NCBI GenBank assembly: GCA_003162415.1
Contig: PMOL01000011.1
Coordinates: 84,701 to 148,700 of the forward strand
Length of the DNA: 64,000 nucleotides
Source of the DNA: Candidatus Dormiibacterota bacterium
GTDB taxonomy: Bacteria; Chloroflexota; Dormibacteria; Aeolococcales; Aeolococcaceae
Direction: 5' to 3'
Positions 10,165 through 20,222 of this stretch are shown piece after piece (position 1 is the stretch's first letter; each line of letters opens with the position of its first letter). A program made the position numbers and the translations under genes. The notes beneath the pieces are model-generated. The model had not been told where the DNA came from and searched no databases. It worked only from the letters and a program-made list of their open reading frames with translations.

Positions 10165-11224
10165 CCTCCTCCGCGTTCATGACGTCGCCAAGGATTTCCC
10201 TGTCAGACGTTCCTGGCGGTCGTGGCTGGGCCGCGAACCGACGCAGAAGCTGCGTGCTATCGACGGTGTCTCTTTGCACCTCGACGTAGGCGAGACGTTG
10301 GGACTCGTCGGTGAGTCGGGCTGCGGGAAAACGACCCTCGGCAGAGTCGTCGCAGGACTTACCCAACCAAGCTCAGGAGTCGTCGAATATGCTGGAGAAG
10401 CGACGAACTCACTCAAGGGCAACGCATACCGCACCTTCAGAAAGGAGGTGCAGATCATCTTTCAGGACCCGTTCTCGTCTCTCGACCCGCATCAAACCGT
10501 CGAGAGCGCCATACGTGAGCCTCTCGATATCCAGGGGGTTGGAACGCGCAGGCAACGACAAGCCCGGGTGCTGGAACTGATGGATCAGGTGGCGCTTCCC
10601 GCCCGCTATGCGAAGCGGCTTCCGCACGAACTGAGCGGTGGTCTTCGGCAGAGAGTCGGCATCGCGAGTGCGCTGGGTCTTGCACCCCGACTTATCGTCG
10701 CAGATGAGCCGACATCAGCACTCGATGCTTCTGTCCAGGCCGAAATTCTCAACCTTCTAGGTGACCTCCAACGCAGCCTGGGCATGTCCTACATTCTCAT
10801 ATCACACAATCTGGACGTCGTTCGTTACCTTAGCCACCGCGTTGCCGTCATGTACCTCGGGCGAGTGGTCGAGTTGGGATCGGCAGATGACGTCTTCGCC
10901 TCCCCGAAGCACCCGTATACCCGCGCGCTGATGGCGGCGGTCCCGCGACCTGACGCCAAGACACCTCTTCGTCCTTTGGCAGTTCGCGGAGAGATCCCAT
11001 CACCAACGGAGATCCCGGGGGGATGTCCATTTCACCCACGCTGCTGGATGGCGCAATCTATTTGCGAAACTGAGGCACCGCCGCTCTATGATTTCGGGGA
11101 CTCGCACTCAGCGCGGTGTCACATCACGGCGCAAGAGGCAGGCGTCGTAAGTGCGCCATCGACTGCGTCACCAGCCAGTGTAGCTCGGGCCCATTCGGCA
11201 CCGGCGCAGTCTGGGCCAAGCTGA
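10148..11224 (+). CDS. Dpp/Opp ABC ATPase (DppF-like)
   Basis: GESGCGKT, FQDP, LSGG, DEPT, HPYT and CPFHPRC motifs; start estimated at GTG 10148. Confidence 0.9.
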   Translation: MHRTTSLLRVHDVAKDFPVRRSWRSWLGREPTQKLRAIDGVSLHLDVGETLGLVGESGCGKTTLGRVVAGLTQPSSGVVEYAGEATNSLKGNAYRTFRKEVQIIFQDPFSSLDPHQTVESAIREPLDIQGVGTRRQRQARVLELMDQVALPARYAKRLPHELSGGLRQRVGIASALGLAPRLIVADEPTSALDASVQAEILNLLGDLQRSLGMSYILISHNLDVVRYLSHRVAVMYLGRVVELGSADDVFASPKHPYTRALMAAVPRPDAKTPLRPLAVRGEIPSPTEIPGGCPFHPRCWMAQSICETEAPPLYDFGDSHSARCHITAQEAGVVSAPSTASPASVARAHSAPAQSGPS

Positions 11225-11296
11225 GATGACTGCTCATCGGCAGCGGCCGCTGACCCACTGCGACCGTCTCATTCACGCAGTGTAGGGAGGCTAAGA

Positions 11297-12604
11297 GTGC
11301 GAAACGCGAAGATAGCAATCTACGGAGGCGGAGGGGCCCCTTACCACCACATCGGAGTCTTCGCACGCGCCGGTCACTCGGTTTCGATCCTCTTTCCATC
11401 AGAGGTAAGGGCAGACATATTGGCCAGCTTCGATGCATTCGTGATTCCCGGCGGCGGGTATGACGGTATGAGAGGCCAGATCGACCCGCTTGGTAAGGAT
11501 GGAGTAGAGGCAATCGCGCAATTCGTCGAAGCGGGTGGAATGTATCTTGGATCGTGCGCTGGTGCTTATGATGCTGCCACACCCGCCGAGGCCTTCCGCC
11601 TCGCGTGCCCCTTGCAGCGGGCCATGACGCTCTCAAACGCAACGGTATGGAATGAGGTCGCGGATCCTTGGTCGGACCTCCAGTCGCCGGGGGTCGGGCG
11701 TCTTCAAGTATTGAACCGGTCCCCCGAGCACCTCATCATGCGTGGAATCCCGTCAGAGTTCGAAATTGTTCATTACAACGGGCCTCTCTTCGAAGGCGCT
11801 GAGTCCTTGTTCTCAATCGGCCACCAAACGGAGGCGTTCACGCCAAGTGAAGGATTCTTTTCGAGCGACTCCGCGATACCGCGCATGATCGACCGAGCTC
11901 GCGAAGGTCGTGTGAGCGGCGGGGTTGTCGAGCGGTTTGGGCGTGGCCGTGCCGTCTTGTTCGGGTCACACCCGGAGTTTGGATTCTCTTTGACCATGGA
12001 TGATGAACAGCTGCCACAGACGATGCTTCTGAATGCCATCGACTGGCAGCTCTTGATTGGACCAGAACCAGTTCCACGATCCGCCACGCTGTGCAGCGAA
12101 ACCGGGTTGGCGCCCACGGATCACGGGGCGATGTTGGAGGCTGCTCTCACAAGTATCCGAGGGCATGTCTCATCACTTCAGCTCAAACCCCTAGATGAGC
12201 AGTGGATTGATGGTCGGTACGCAATGTCAGTGTTTGGCCAGCAACCAAAGGTCATTTGGAGGCAGTCTCTGATGCGAATTACTGAGTTAGCTGAGGAGAT
12301 CGAGCGGCTCGGCCCAGGAGTAAGGTCGAGTACGTTGTCATTCCGGCAACCCGGCGATGGCGTTCTTGACTATGGCTTTCACGGTGTCCTAGCCCTCCTA
12401 CAACAGGTCGACGAGCTGCTTTCGACTGCTGAGGCAACCTGGCATGTGCCGCTAGGCGATTTGTCCGCTGACCCTTACAAATACATCCGGTCGAGTCCTT
12501 ACCATCTCGTGGCTGGTTCATATCTAGCTGCGATAGGTCGCGCCACCGCCGCTGCGATACTCTGCCGCTACGACGCCTGCGACGTCAACCGACCGCTCAC
12601 ATAG
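11297..12604 (+). CDS. BPL-N / class I glutamine amidotransferase-like protein with C-terminal extension
   Basis: IPGGG, GGMYLGSCAGAY nucleophile elbow, YNGP and SHPE; RBS GGAGG upstream. Confidence 0.75.
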   Translation: MRNAKIAIYGGGGAPYHHIGVFARAGHSVSILFPSEVRADILASFDAFVIPGGGYDGMRGQIDPLGKDGVEAIAQFVEAGGMYLGSCAGAYDAATPAEAFRLACPLQRAMTLSNATVWNEVADPWSDLQSPGVGRLQVLNRSPEHLIMRGIPSEFEIVHYNGPLFEGAESLFSIGHQTEAFTPSEGFFSSDSAIPRMIDRAREGRVSGGVVERFGRGRAVLFGSHPEFGFSLTMDDEQLPQTMLLNAIDWQLLIGPEPVPRSATLCSETGLAPTDHGAMLEAALTSIRGHVSSLQLKPLDEQWIDGRYAMSVFGQQPKVIWRQSLMRITELAEEIERLGPGVRSSTLSFRQPGDGVLDYGFHGVLALLQQVDELLSTAEATWHVPLGDLSADPYKYIRSSPYHLVAGSYLAAIGRATAAAILCRYDACDVNRPLT

Positions 12605-12726
12605 CGACGCCAGATTCCTTCACTCGTGGTCGAGAGGCTGTTCGACCGATTCCGAGCCGCCCGGATCGGTTCCGACGTCACGTCCCGCGGGGAGAGCACG
12701 GATCATCCCCGCTATGGAGAGTCAGT

Positions 12727-14097
12727 CTATGGTCTCGGGAAGGGCAGTAGGGAGACAAGGCGCCGAACGTCCGCTGACTCGTCGAGGCTAAGAACCTCTT
12801 CCGCGATGGCCTCATGACGTTGCTCGGGAACTCTCAGTGCCGCGAGGGCATGGTACTTTTCGACAATCTCCGACGGCGCGAGCGGAAGTGCGGGTGTGCC
12901 CCGTGCATCTCTCCGAGATTCCGACCAGCTTGCGCCCCGTCGGGTAATCACCGTTACCTCGCTCGCATAGTGCTGCGGGAATGTGGTGTCGAGTCGGGCA
13001 TCGTGCACCACATTCGTCCGTCGAGCGAGGCGTTCGACTTCCGGCACCTCGCCTTTGTCGAAGATCACGTCGTCGAAGTCAACGGCACCCATGACCGTGG
13101 CTAGCGGAAGAATGTATTGAGCCCGGTGCGATCGGAGAATGTTTCCATCGATCACTGGCGCTCCTGTCGCTGGGAAGCGCAGCTCGATGGCGTGGACGTC
13201 CGCCGAGGTCAAGCCGTGATCGGACATGATAGTCAGCAAGGCGTCAATGCCAGGATGGAGAAATGCGCAGCACGCGTAGCGCTTGATCGTCAACTCCTCG
13301 ATGCTGCGACAGCCGAGAATGTCGCCTTCGAGCAGTTCGAGGTTTCCCCTCCCATTCAGCGACCATGCGGTGAAAGCGTTGTACCGGCTGTCCACGTCGA
13401 ACGTGTCGACTGAAGCGCCAAGGCCATTGGCCGCTAGTAGTCCGGCAGTAATGCCGTTGCGGGCCGCGAGCCCCGCCGTAAAAGGGCGCGACTGTTCCGA
13501 TGGTTCTTGAGTCCATGTCAGCAAGCCCGCGGCCTGGGTTGCAGCTAGTCCGAGTGTCCTGGTGGTCGCCTCAGCATCAAGATGCAGAAGCCGGGCCACC
13601 GCCACCGCCGCTCCGAAACACCCTCCAATCGCAGTCGGGTGGAAGCCCCTGGCGTAAAGGTCATTGGGCCCTATGGCGAGGCTAGTGCGGCAGGCCATCT
13701 CGACGCCCAGAGCTACGGCGTCGATCATCTCAGCGCCAGTTGTCGAGGTCATTGGCGAAATAGCGATTACCGCCGGGACGACCGCAGCCGCAGCGTGCAC
13801 GACAGACGGACCGTGATGGCTCTCGATATCCATCGCGTAAGCGAGGTAACCGTTGACCAAGGCTGCCGTTACGCCATCCGTCCACTCCTCATAGCCAACC
13901 ACGGGCGACGGTCCAGCCCCCCCTTGAGCCTCGATGAATCGCTTCAGGACCTGCGAGCCTGGGAGAGCCGGCCGACTGGCAGCGAGCATCGCGCCCAGGG
14001 TATCGAGAAGTATGAGTTTGGTCTGTTGTTGACCGGACGCCGTCAGGTGGGGATCACCCCCGGACAGGAGCGCTCCAAGGTCGCTGGTGAGGCCCAT
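12727..14097 (-). CDS. MmgE/PrpD family protein
   Basis: LLDTLGA, AALVNG...D..H...H, RGFHPT, IKRYACC..HP and RGTP motifs; start at ATG 14097. Confidence 0.9.
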   Translation of the reverse strand: MGLTSDLGALLSGGDPHLTASGQQQTKLILLDTLGAMLAASRPALPGSQVLKRFIEAQGGAGPSPVVGYEEWTDGVTAALVNGYLAYAMDIESHHGPSVVHAAAAVVPAVIAISPMTSTTGAEMIDAVALGVEMACRTSLAIGPNDLYARGFHPTAIGGCFGAAVAVARLLHLDAEATTRTLGLAATQAAGLLTWTQEPSEQSRPFTAGLAARNGITAGLLAANGLGASVDTFDVDSRYNAFTAWSLNGRGNLELLEGDILGCRSIEELTIKRYACCAFLHPGIDALLTIMSDHGLTSADVHAIELRFPATGAPVIDGNILRSHRAQYILPLATVMGAVDFDDVIFDKGEVPEVERLARRTNVVHDARLDTTFPQHYASEVTVITRRGASWSESRRDARGTPALPLAPSEIVEKYHALAALRVPEQRHEAIAEEVLSLDESADVRRLVSLLPFPRP

Positions 14098-14102
14098 CTT
14101 CT

Positions 14103-15263
14103 TCAGAACACCGTGGTCTCCGTTCCGACCGATCCATGGGCGGAAGAGAACCGATCGAGCCGCAGGCCGGAGACGTCGAAATCCACGGTAGCACTGCCTG
14201 TGATCAATCCAGCGACAACCTCGCCGGCTGCTGGCGCGTGCATGAAACCGTGCCCGGAGAAGCCTGCGGCGCACCAGACGCCATCCACGCTTGGCACCGG
14301 ACCGAGAAGCGGCATGTCGTCTGGCGTCATCTCTCTGAGCCCGCACCACGCGTTTACCGCGCGAGCCTGTTTCAGAGCTGGAATGCGATGCGTCATCGCT
14401 TCGGCAATGGTCGCCAGGCGATCCCACTCGACGACGGCGTCGTAGCTCGCACCACGATCTCGGTCGCCGCCGCCCAGAAGGACATCATTCGCTTCGGCAT
14501 GGACATAGGTACCTGATCGGACGTCCACGAGAAACGGGAGGTCCCTAGTACCGTCAACCGGTGTGAGCACGAAGACCTGACGAGGATGTGGCTCAATCGG
14601 GAATTCCCAAGCCAACGCTTGATTGAAGCGTGAGGTCCACGCCCCGGTCGCAACGACGAGCTGGTTGCAGTCGATGCGTCCCATGGGCGTGCTCACCCCA
14701 GATATCCGTGAGTTTTCAACGTGCACGTCGGTTACGGCGCAACCCTCTCGAATGTCGACCCCGAGCCGACGGGCGGCGTTCGCGAAGGCCATGGCAGCAT
14801 CCACCGGCGAACCCACGCCATCCAGCGGGCAATATGTTGCTGCAACGAGCCCTTCAACATTGATCGTCGGGTATCGACTATGCAAGTGGGTTGGCGTGAC
14901 AAGCTCAGTCGGAACGCCGAGCGAGTTCTGCATAGCGACACTCTGTTGGAGCGACTCCATTACGGCTTCATCGTCGACGAGAAAGACATACCCGACGCGG
15001 TTGAACGGCACAGGGTAGCCGAGCCGATCCTCGATCGTCGAGTAGAAATCTATCGAACGCTTCGACAGTTGGACGTGGATCCTCTGTGAAAACTGATGCC
15101 GCAGGCCACCGGTGGCCTTTGCGGTAGTCCCGGACGCGATGGACTCTCGCTCGAGTACGACGATGCGTCCGGTTCCGAGACTCGCGAGGTGATATGCGAT
15201 GCTCAGTCCGATGATGCCTGCGCCGATCACGACGACGTCCGCGCCTTCGTGGTGATTAGTCAG
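14103..15263 (-). CDS. FAD-dependent oxidoreductase (sarcosine oxidase beta / DAO family)
   Basis: VVIGAGIIG, TPDDMPLLG and GFSGHGFMHAPAAG motifs; probable CTG start at 15263 behind GGAGGG. Confidence 0.9.
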   Translation of the reverse strand: MTNHHEGADVVVIGAGIIGLSIAYHLASLGTGRIVVLERESIASGTTAKATGGLRHQFSQRIHVQLSKRSIDFYSTIEDRLGYPVPFNRVGYVFLVDDEAVMESLQQSVAMQNSLGVPTELVTPTHLHSRYPTINVEGLVAATYCPLDGVGSPVDAAMAFANAARRLGVDIREGCAVTDVHVENSRISGVSTPMGRIDCNQLVVATGAWTSRFNQALAWEFPIEPHPRQVFVLTPVDGTRDLPFLVDVRSGTYVHAEANDVLLGGGDRDRGASYDAVVEWDRLATIAEAMTHRIPALKQARAVNAWCGLREMTPDDMPLLGPVPSVDGVWCAAGFSGHGFMHAPAAGEVVAGLITGSATVDFDVSGLRLDRFSSAHGSVGTETTVF

Positions 15264-15525
15264 GTATGCGCCCTCCGATACCCACGCCGATCACCTTAGC
15301 CCCGATCGTGTCGACTTGAAACGGGGCTGCTGCGCTGACGCGGGATCTGCGCTTGTCATGCAGCGGGACCCCTGGCATAGAGAGCGCGAGATCGCATCAT
15401 CCACAGGCACTAGCGCCGATGTGGCAACTCGCACTACTAGCCCGGCCGGCTCAGCAGGGTCGGATCCGACGCTCCGTTGTGTCTGGGCATCGGTTAGCCC
15501 ACACTCCGATCGGCCATTCAGCTTA

Positions 15526-15545
15526 GTATACTGTCGTCTGTAGAC
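15526..15545. promoter_or_regulatory. Second copy of the triple-heptamer operator, in a divergent promoter region
   Basis: GTATACt-GTCGTCt-GTAGAC, same spacing as the 4915-4934 motif. Confidence 0.5.
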
Positions 15546-15746
15546 TGCGGCTAGGGTCCTTGATGATGAAACAAATGTTTGCTAACGTCGAACACCGTGC
15601 CGAGGGTGACTTGGGAGCGCGCGTTTTGGTTTCAAGTGTGTTGGTTCAGCCCGACGGGCGAGGGCCCCATAGCCCGCCAGGGAATCGGACCAACGCCAGC
15701 AGAAGATTTGGAGTGCGCGCTCGCCAGCGCGGGAAGAGAACGACGA

Positions 15747-16742
15747 GTGACCTCGATTGATGACCTTGTAACGTCGGTGAAGCCTGGGACGTCAGATTGG
15801 AGTCTATGGAGGCCGCTCGAGGAGAATGCCGATTCCGAGGTGCCGATCGCTGTTTTGGTCGGAGAGAATCCGGGCCCTACGCTGTGGCTCCAGGGCGCTC
15901 TTCATGGCAACGAGTTCGATGCCGCCGTTGCCACGCAAGCTGCTCTCAGAGAGATTCGATTGGGAGATCTTCGCGGCACGGTGATCGGTTTACCAGTCGT
16001 CAATGGGATCAGCCACCGCGCAGGAACAAGGGTTCTTCCCGGCGATGGCAAGGATCCGAATCGCCAGTTTCCCGGCGACCCCCATGGGACCGACAGTGAG
16101 CGGCTTGCATTCGCACTCAGTTCCGGGCTAGCCAACCACGCAACGTATTTCGTAGACGTTCACTCGTCGACGGAGACATTCCTTGGTATCGACCACACAA
16201 TCTACTTGGTGGCGGACGATCCGACTGCGACACTCTCCAGGCAAATGGCGCAGGCGTCAGGCACCGCGGTGATGTGGGAAAGTACAGGTGGCTGGCTTCA
16301 AGGCTCCTCATATATTTGGGCGGCCAACCGCGGTATCCCCAGCATCCTGCTGGATGTAGGTGAAATCGGAGAGTCCAGTCAGGTGGCGCATGCAGCGTCC
16401 GGTTTGCTTGGAGTTCTGAGAGCGCTCGAGATGCTGCCACGTGATTCCGTGGCTAGTCAGCGCGAGTTCCTCACCGTCCGCGATCCTGAGTGGATACGGG
16501 CTCAAGCACCAGGTCTCCTGACACACTCGGTGGGTATCGGGGCCGAGGTGCACGAGGGCACCACACTCTTCCGGGTACTGGATCTCGACGGCCAAGAGCT
16601 TCAAACGGCGTCCTGTCCGTTCAACGACGGCGTTGTCGTCACCATTCGGCGCCCGCATCAGGCTCACGTAGATGAGGACGTTGTGTCGATTGGGCGACGC
16701 GTGAGATCGTCGACATCGGACTTTCCTGCCATCAGCCGCTAG
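15747..16742 (+). CDS. Succinylglutamate desuccinylase/aspartoacylase (AstE/AspA, M14) family deacylase
   Basis: GPTLWLQGALHGNE, D.NRQFPG and DVHS zinc motifs; start estimated at GTG 15747. Confidence 0.88.
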   Translation: MTSIDDLVTSVKPGTSDWSLWRPLEENADSEVPIAVLVGENPGPTLWLQGALHGNEFDAAVATQAALREIRLGDLRGTVIGLPVVNGISHRAGTRVLPGDGKDPNRQFPGDPHGTDSERLAFALSSGLANHATYFVDVHSSTETFLGIDHTIYLVADDPTATLSRQMAQASGTAVMWESTGGWLQGSSYIWAANRGIPSILLDVGEIGESSQVAHAASGLLGVLRALEMLPRDSVASQREFLTVRDPEWIRAQAPGLLTHSVGIGAEVHEGTTLFRVLDLDGQELQTASCPFNDGVVVTIRRPHQAHVDEDVVSIGRRVRSSTSDFPAISR

Positions 16743-16759
16743 ATGTTCGATAGCCCCCC

Positions 16760-17941
16760 TTGAATGCCGACCTCACTGCCCGACTGAGCTCGATAGCCGA
16801 GACCATGCAACGGCTCGGGTGGGCGGCACTAGTCGTCACTTCCCCCGAGGCCGTGCAGTACTTCAGCGGTGCTTTGATCCACACGCAAGCACTCATTCGC
16901 CGTCGCCAGGCAGCGGTCGTGATTACTCAGGACTCCAAGGCCGTGCTAATAGTGGCGGCTATTGAGCGGGCACTGGCAGCACGCATGAGTTTGCTTGAGT
17001 CGCTCGAGACGTATGACGAGTTCGAGTCCTCGGTGTGCGCGGCGGCCGGGGCCATATTGCGGTTGCGGATGGATGCTCACGCCACCGTTGCCGTCGAAAA
17101 GACGCACCTACCAGCACTCGACTTCGAATGTCTCGCTTCACTCCTCCCGCTCGCAACTTTCGTGGCCGGCGACAACATCCTCGCCGAGATGCGCATCGCA
17201 AAAACGGCGGATGAGCTCGATGCCGTTGCCTTTGTTGCCTCCGTGATGGATGCTGCAATCGGCGCTGCCGTCGGTCGGGCTAGAGCAGGGTCGACGGAGA
17301 TCGCCCTGGCCAACGACATCACCTGTACTGCCCTGCAACTCGGGGGCGGCCGGATACGCGGTGCCACCGGGCTGGTGGCTGCCGGACCTAACCTGCGAGT
17401 CTCACATCATGTCGCTGGATCTTCGCCGATCAATCCGGGTGACGTACTTCGTGTGGGCTGTCGCGCCACGTGCGATGGTTATCATGGGCTGGTTGCGCGC
17501 ACTGCGGCAGTTGGGGAGCCGTCCCCTCCCGTCGCACGACGGTATGCCGCACTAGTCGAGGCGCATCGAGACCTTCGCGCCTCGCTCGATGTCGGGGTTA
17601 GTGCAGGTGACGTCTACACTCGAGCATCGCACAGACGACGTTCACTCGGCCTAACGCTCGAGACATCTCATGTAGGTCACGGAATCGGATTGGAGTTTCA
17701 GGAACCACCCAGGCTACGAAAGGGCTCGACAGACACTCTGATGCAGGATTCAACCTTGATGGCGGTGAGTGTTCTGAACGATCCTGATGTTGGCCATCTC
17801 TATATCGAGGACATGGTGGCCATTCGTCCGGGCGGCAGCGTTCTCCTGACCAGTGCGACCCCAACCGACTCCATCCTGAATGTGTTAATGGCCACTCACC
17901 CCACTCCAGCCGCTGGTGCGACCGGGTCTTCGGCGCGTTAG
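16760..17941 (+). CDS. M24 pita-bread-fold hydrolase (creatinase/ectoine-hydrolase-like)
   Basis: Creatinase-type N-domain, R..KT..E, GHGIGL..QEPP and IEDMV; canonical Asp/Glu metal ligands missing. Confidence 0.85.
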   Translation: MNADLTARLSSIAETMQRLGWAALVVTSPEAVQYFSGALIHTQALIRRRQAAVVITQDSKAVLIVAAIERALAARMSLLESLETYDEFESSVCAAAGAILRLRMDAHATVAVEKTHLPALDFECLASLLPLATFVAGDNILAEMRIAKTADELDAVAFVASVMDAAIGAAVGRARAGSTEIALANDITCTALQLGGGRIRGATGLVAAGPNLRVSHHVAGSSPINPGDVLRVGCRATCDGYHGLVARTAAVGEPSPPVARRYAALVEAHRDLRASLDVGVSAGDVYTRASHRRRSLGLTLETSHVGHGIGLEFQEPPRLRKGSTDTLMQDSTLMAVSVLNDPDVGHLYIEDMVAIRPGGSVLLTSATPTDSILNVLMATHPTPAAGATGSSAR

Positions 17942-17990
17942 ATCGAAGCTCCAGCGACGCTATCCACCACCATAAGGGAGGAACGAGGAA

Positions 17991-19595
17991 TTGTCGAATC
18001 CTACGGTTTCCGAGGCGCTTGGACAGGAACTACAGTCCGTAGGCGTCGATCGTGTCTTCGGCCTTCCGGGTGGCGAGGTTTTGGACCTTATTGATGCCCT
18101 GCGCCGATGCGACATCGAGTTCGCACTCTGTCGCCACGAGGCGAATGCAGGAATCATCGCCGCTGTCTATGGAAAACTCAAGAGAACGGTAGGAGTCGTG
18201 CTGACCACACTAGGGCCCGGCGCCTCGAACTTGATGCTTCCGATAGCAAGCAGTCTGCTGGATCGCGAACCGCTGCTCGCTATTGCTGCGCAGGTTCCTA
18301 CGAGCTGGCCCGCTGAGCGCACACATCAGCGACTGCCGCTTGTTGAGTCCTTCCGTCCTTTGACAAAACTTTCAGGGTCACTCCACGCGCTCAACTGTCG
18401 GAGCCTCCTCCGCACCGCCGTCGCCGCGGCAACATCGGAACCACAAGGCCCGGCGTTCCTGACGTTATCTTCGGACGACGCCCGTTCGGTGGCTCAGGAA
18501 GCTGATCCCGGAGTTCGGCCCGCTCTCCTCAATCCCGTTACCCTGCGGCCAGCCGGCGAAGTGGCCGACGAGTTGACCCGCATCATTGGGGAGGCGCAGC
18601 ACCCGCTCATCATCGTTGGCCTCGGGACACGGGCCGAGGTAAGCGAGCCACTACGCCGATGGATTGATGAGTGGCGACTACCGGTTGTTGTCACCCCAAA
18701 GGTTAAGGGCATCATCGATGAACGCTCGCCGCACTTCATCGGCGTTGTGAGCGGGATGGCGATCGATGCGCTGATGGTTGAGGCAATCAGGGAAAGCGAC
18801 TGCGTGGTTGGCTTTGGCCTGGACCCCGTGGAGATTGATGGCTCGTGGCACATGGAGGTTCCGATGACCTGGGTTCTCGAGTCTCCTTGGGCCACTGGCT
18901 TGGCACCGAGGACCGGGCTTTTAGCGGTTGATCATGATCAGCTGCTGGCAGCTATGGCGAAGACACCTCCGAGACATTGGGACTCGGTGTTCGAACACGC
19001 ACGTGCGCGCCGGCAGATCTTTCTCGAGGACACGCCAACGCTCGATCCACATCCAACGCCGACCTCTCTTGTGAGGACTCTGATGAGTGCCGTTCCAGCC
19101 GAGACGATCGTGGTCACTGATGTCGGGTCCCACAAATGCCTCTTCGGTCAATTCTGGGAGAGTCGCTTTCCGGAGACGTTCTTCATGTCCAACGGTCTCT
19201 CCGGAATGGGCTATGGACTCTCGGCGGCCATCGGCGCCAGTCTTGCTCGTCCCGAGGCTCCCGTCCTCACCATCCTCGGTGACGGTGGCTTTTCGATGAA
19301 CAGCCAAGAGCTCGAGACTGCCAAACGCCTTGGTGCACACTTCGTCACCGTTGTTGTCGCTGACCAGTCGTATTCCTTGATTCGTCATTCTCAACGGTCC
19401 AGAGGTCTAGACCGGTATGGCGTCGACTTCGCTCCGATCGACAGCGTCGCAACCGCTGCGGCCTGTGGAATTCGCGCGATTCGCGTCGAAGGGCTCGATA
19501 TGCTCGCAAGGCCAGTCGGCGAGGCTATTCGCGGCGGCGAGTCGCTGCTCGTTGAGGTGCCACTCGACCCAGACAGCTACCGCGGAATACTGTAG
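17991..19595 (+). CDS. Thiamine pyrophosphate-dependent enzyme (acetolactate synthase-like)
   Basis: FGLPGGE, RHE, GPGASN, DVGSH, GMGYG and GDGGF motifs. Confidence 0.9.
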   Translation: MSNPTVSEALGQELQSVGVDRVFGLPGGEVLDLIDALRRCDIEFALCRHEANAGIIAAVYGKLKRTVGVVLTTLGPGASNLMLPIASSLLDREPLLAIAAQVPTSWPAERTHQRLPLVESFRPLTKLSGSLHALNCRSLLRTAVAAATSEPQGPAFLTLSSDDARSVAQEADPGVRPALLNPVTLRPAGEVADELTRIIGEAQHPLIIVGLGTRAEVSEPLRRWIDEWRLPVVVTPKVKGIIDERSPHFIGVVSGMAIDALMVEAIRESDCVVGFGLDPVEIDGSWHMEVPMTWVLESPWATGLAPRTGLLAVDHDQLLAAMAKTPPRHWDSVFEHARARRQIFLEDTPTLDPHPTPTSLVRTLMSAVPAETIVVTDVGSHKCLFGQFWESRFPETFFMSNGLSGMGYGLSAAIGASLARPEAPVLTILGDGGFSMNSQELETAKRLGAHFVTVVVADQSYSLIRHSQRSRGLDRYGVDFAPIDSVATAAACGIRAIRVEGLDMLARPVGEAIRGGESLLVEVPLDPDSYRGIL

Positions 19596-19622
19596 TTCGA
19601 CTATAGGAGGTAATGCGCAACC

Positions 19623-20156
19623 ATGAGCGTGATTGACAAGAAGGTGGCGATCCTCGTGGAGGATCTGTATGAAGACTTAGAGCTGTGGTATCCGTACTAC
19701 CGATTGCGGGAGGAGGGTGCCGAGGTCCATCTGGTCGGGAGCGGCAGACTCCCGACCCACACCAGCAGGTACGGGTATCCTGCGACGCCAGATCTCGTCA
19801 TCGACGACGTCCGAGCGGCTGATTTCGCTGCCGTCGTCATCCCCGGTGGTTACTCTCCCGATCTCATGCGTCGCAAGCCACCGATGGTGGACTTCGTTCG
19901 AGAGATGGATCGCGCCGGTAAGCCCGTGGCCGCGATTTGTCATGCAGGTTGGATGCTGGTTTCGGCTGATATCGTGCGTGGTCGTCGCGCCACCTGTTTT
20001 TTCTCAATCAAGGACGATCTGGTTGCGGCGGGCGCTGAGTATGTCGACGAGCCTGCGGTAGTCGATGGCAATCTCGTGACGTCCCGGTTTCCGGCCGATT
20101 TGCCGGACTTCTGCAAGGCGCTTGTTAGGCTCTTGGCCGCCCCTGTTCAGGTGTAA
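19623..20156 (+). CDS. pfpI: PfpI/DJ-1 family protease/deglycase
   Basis: YEDLELWYP, IPGG, AICHAG and DGNLVTSR.P.DL motifs. Confidence 0.92.
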   Translation: MSVIDKKVAILVEDLYEDLELWYPYYRLREEGAEVHLVGSGRLPTHTSRYGYPATPDLVIDDVRAADFAAVVIPGGYSPDLMRRKPPMVDFVREMDRAGKPVAAICHAGWMLVSADIVRGRRATCFFSIKDDLVAAGAEYVDEPAVVDGNLVTSRFPADLPDFCKALVRLLAAPVQV

Positions 20157-20222
20157 ATGTGGCAGGAAGCAGCAACATCTCGGGAGGCCGGCAGCGAGCC
20201 AGCGTTTCGTAGGAGGAGTAAC

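Noticed and set aside
14098..14427. N-terminal 110 aa of the 566-aa MmgE/PrpD ORF
   Set aside because: It overlaps the FAD oxidase in another frame and is Arg-rich junk; the real start is probably 14097.
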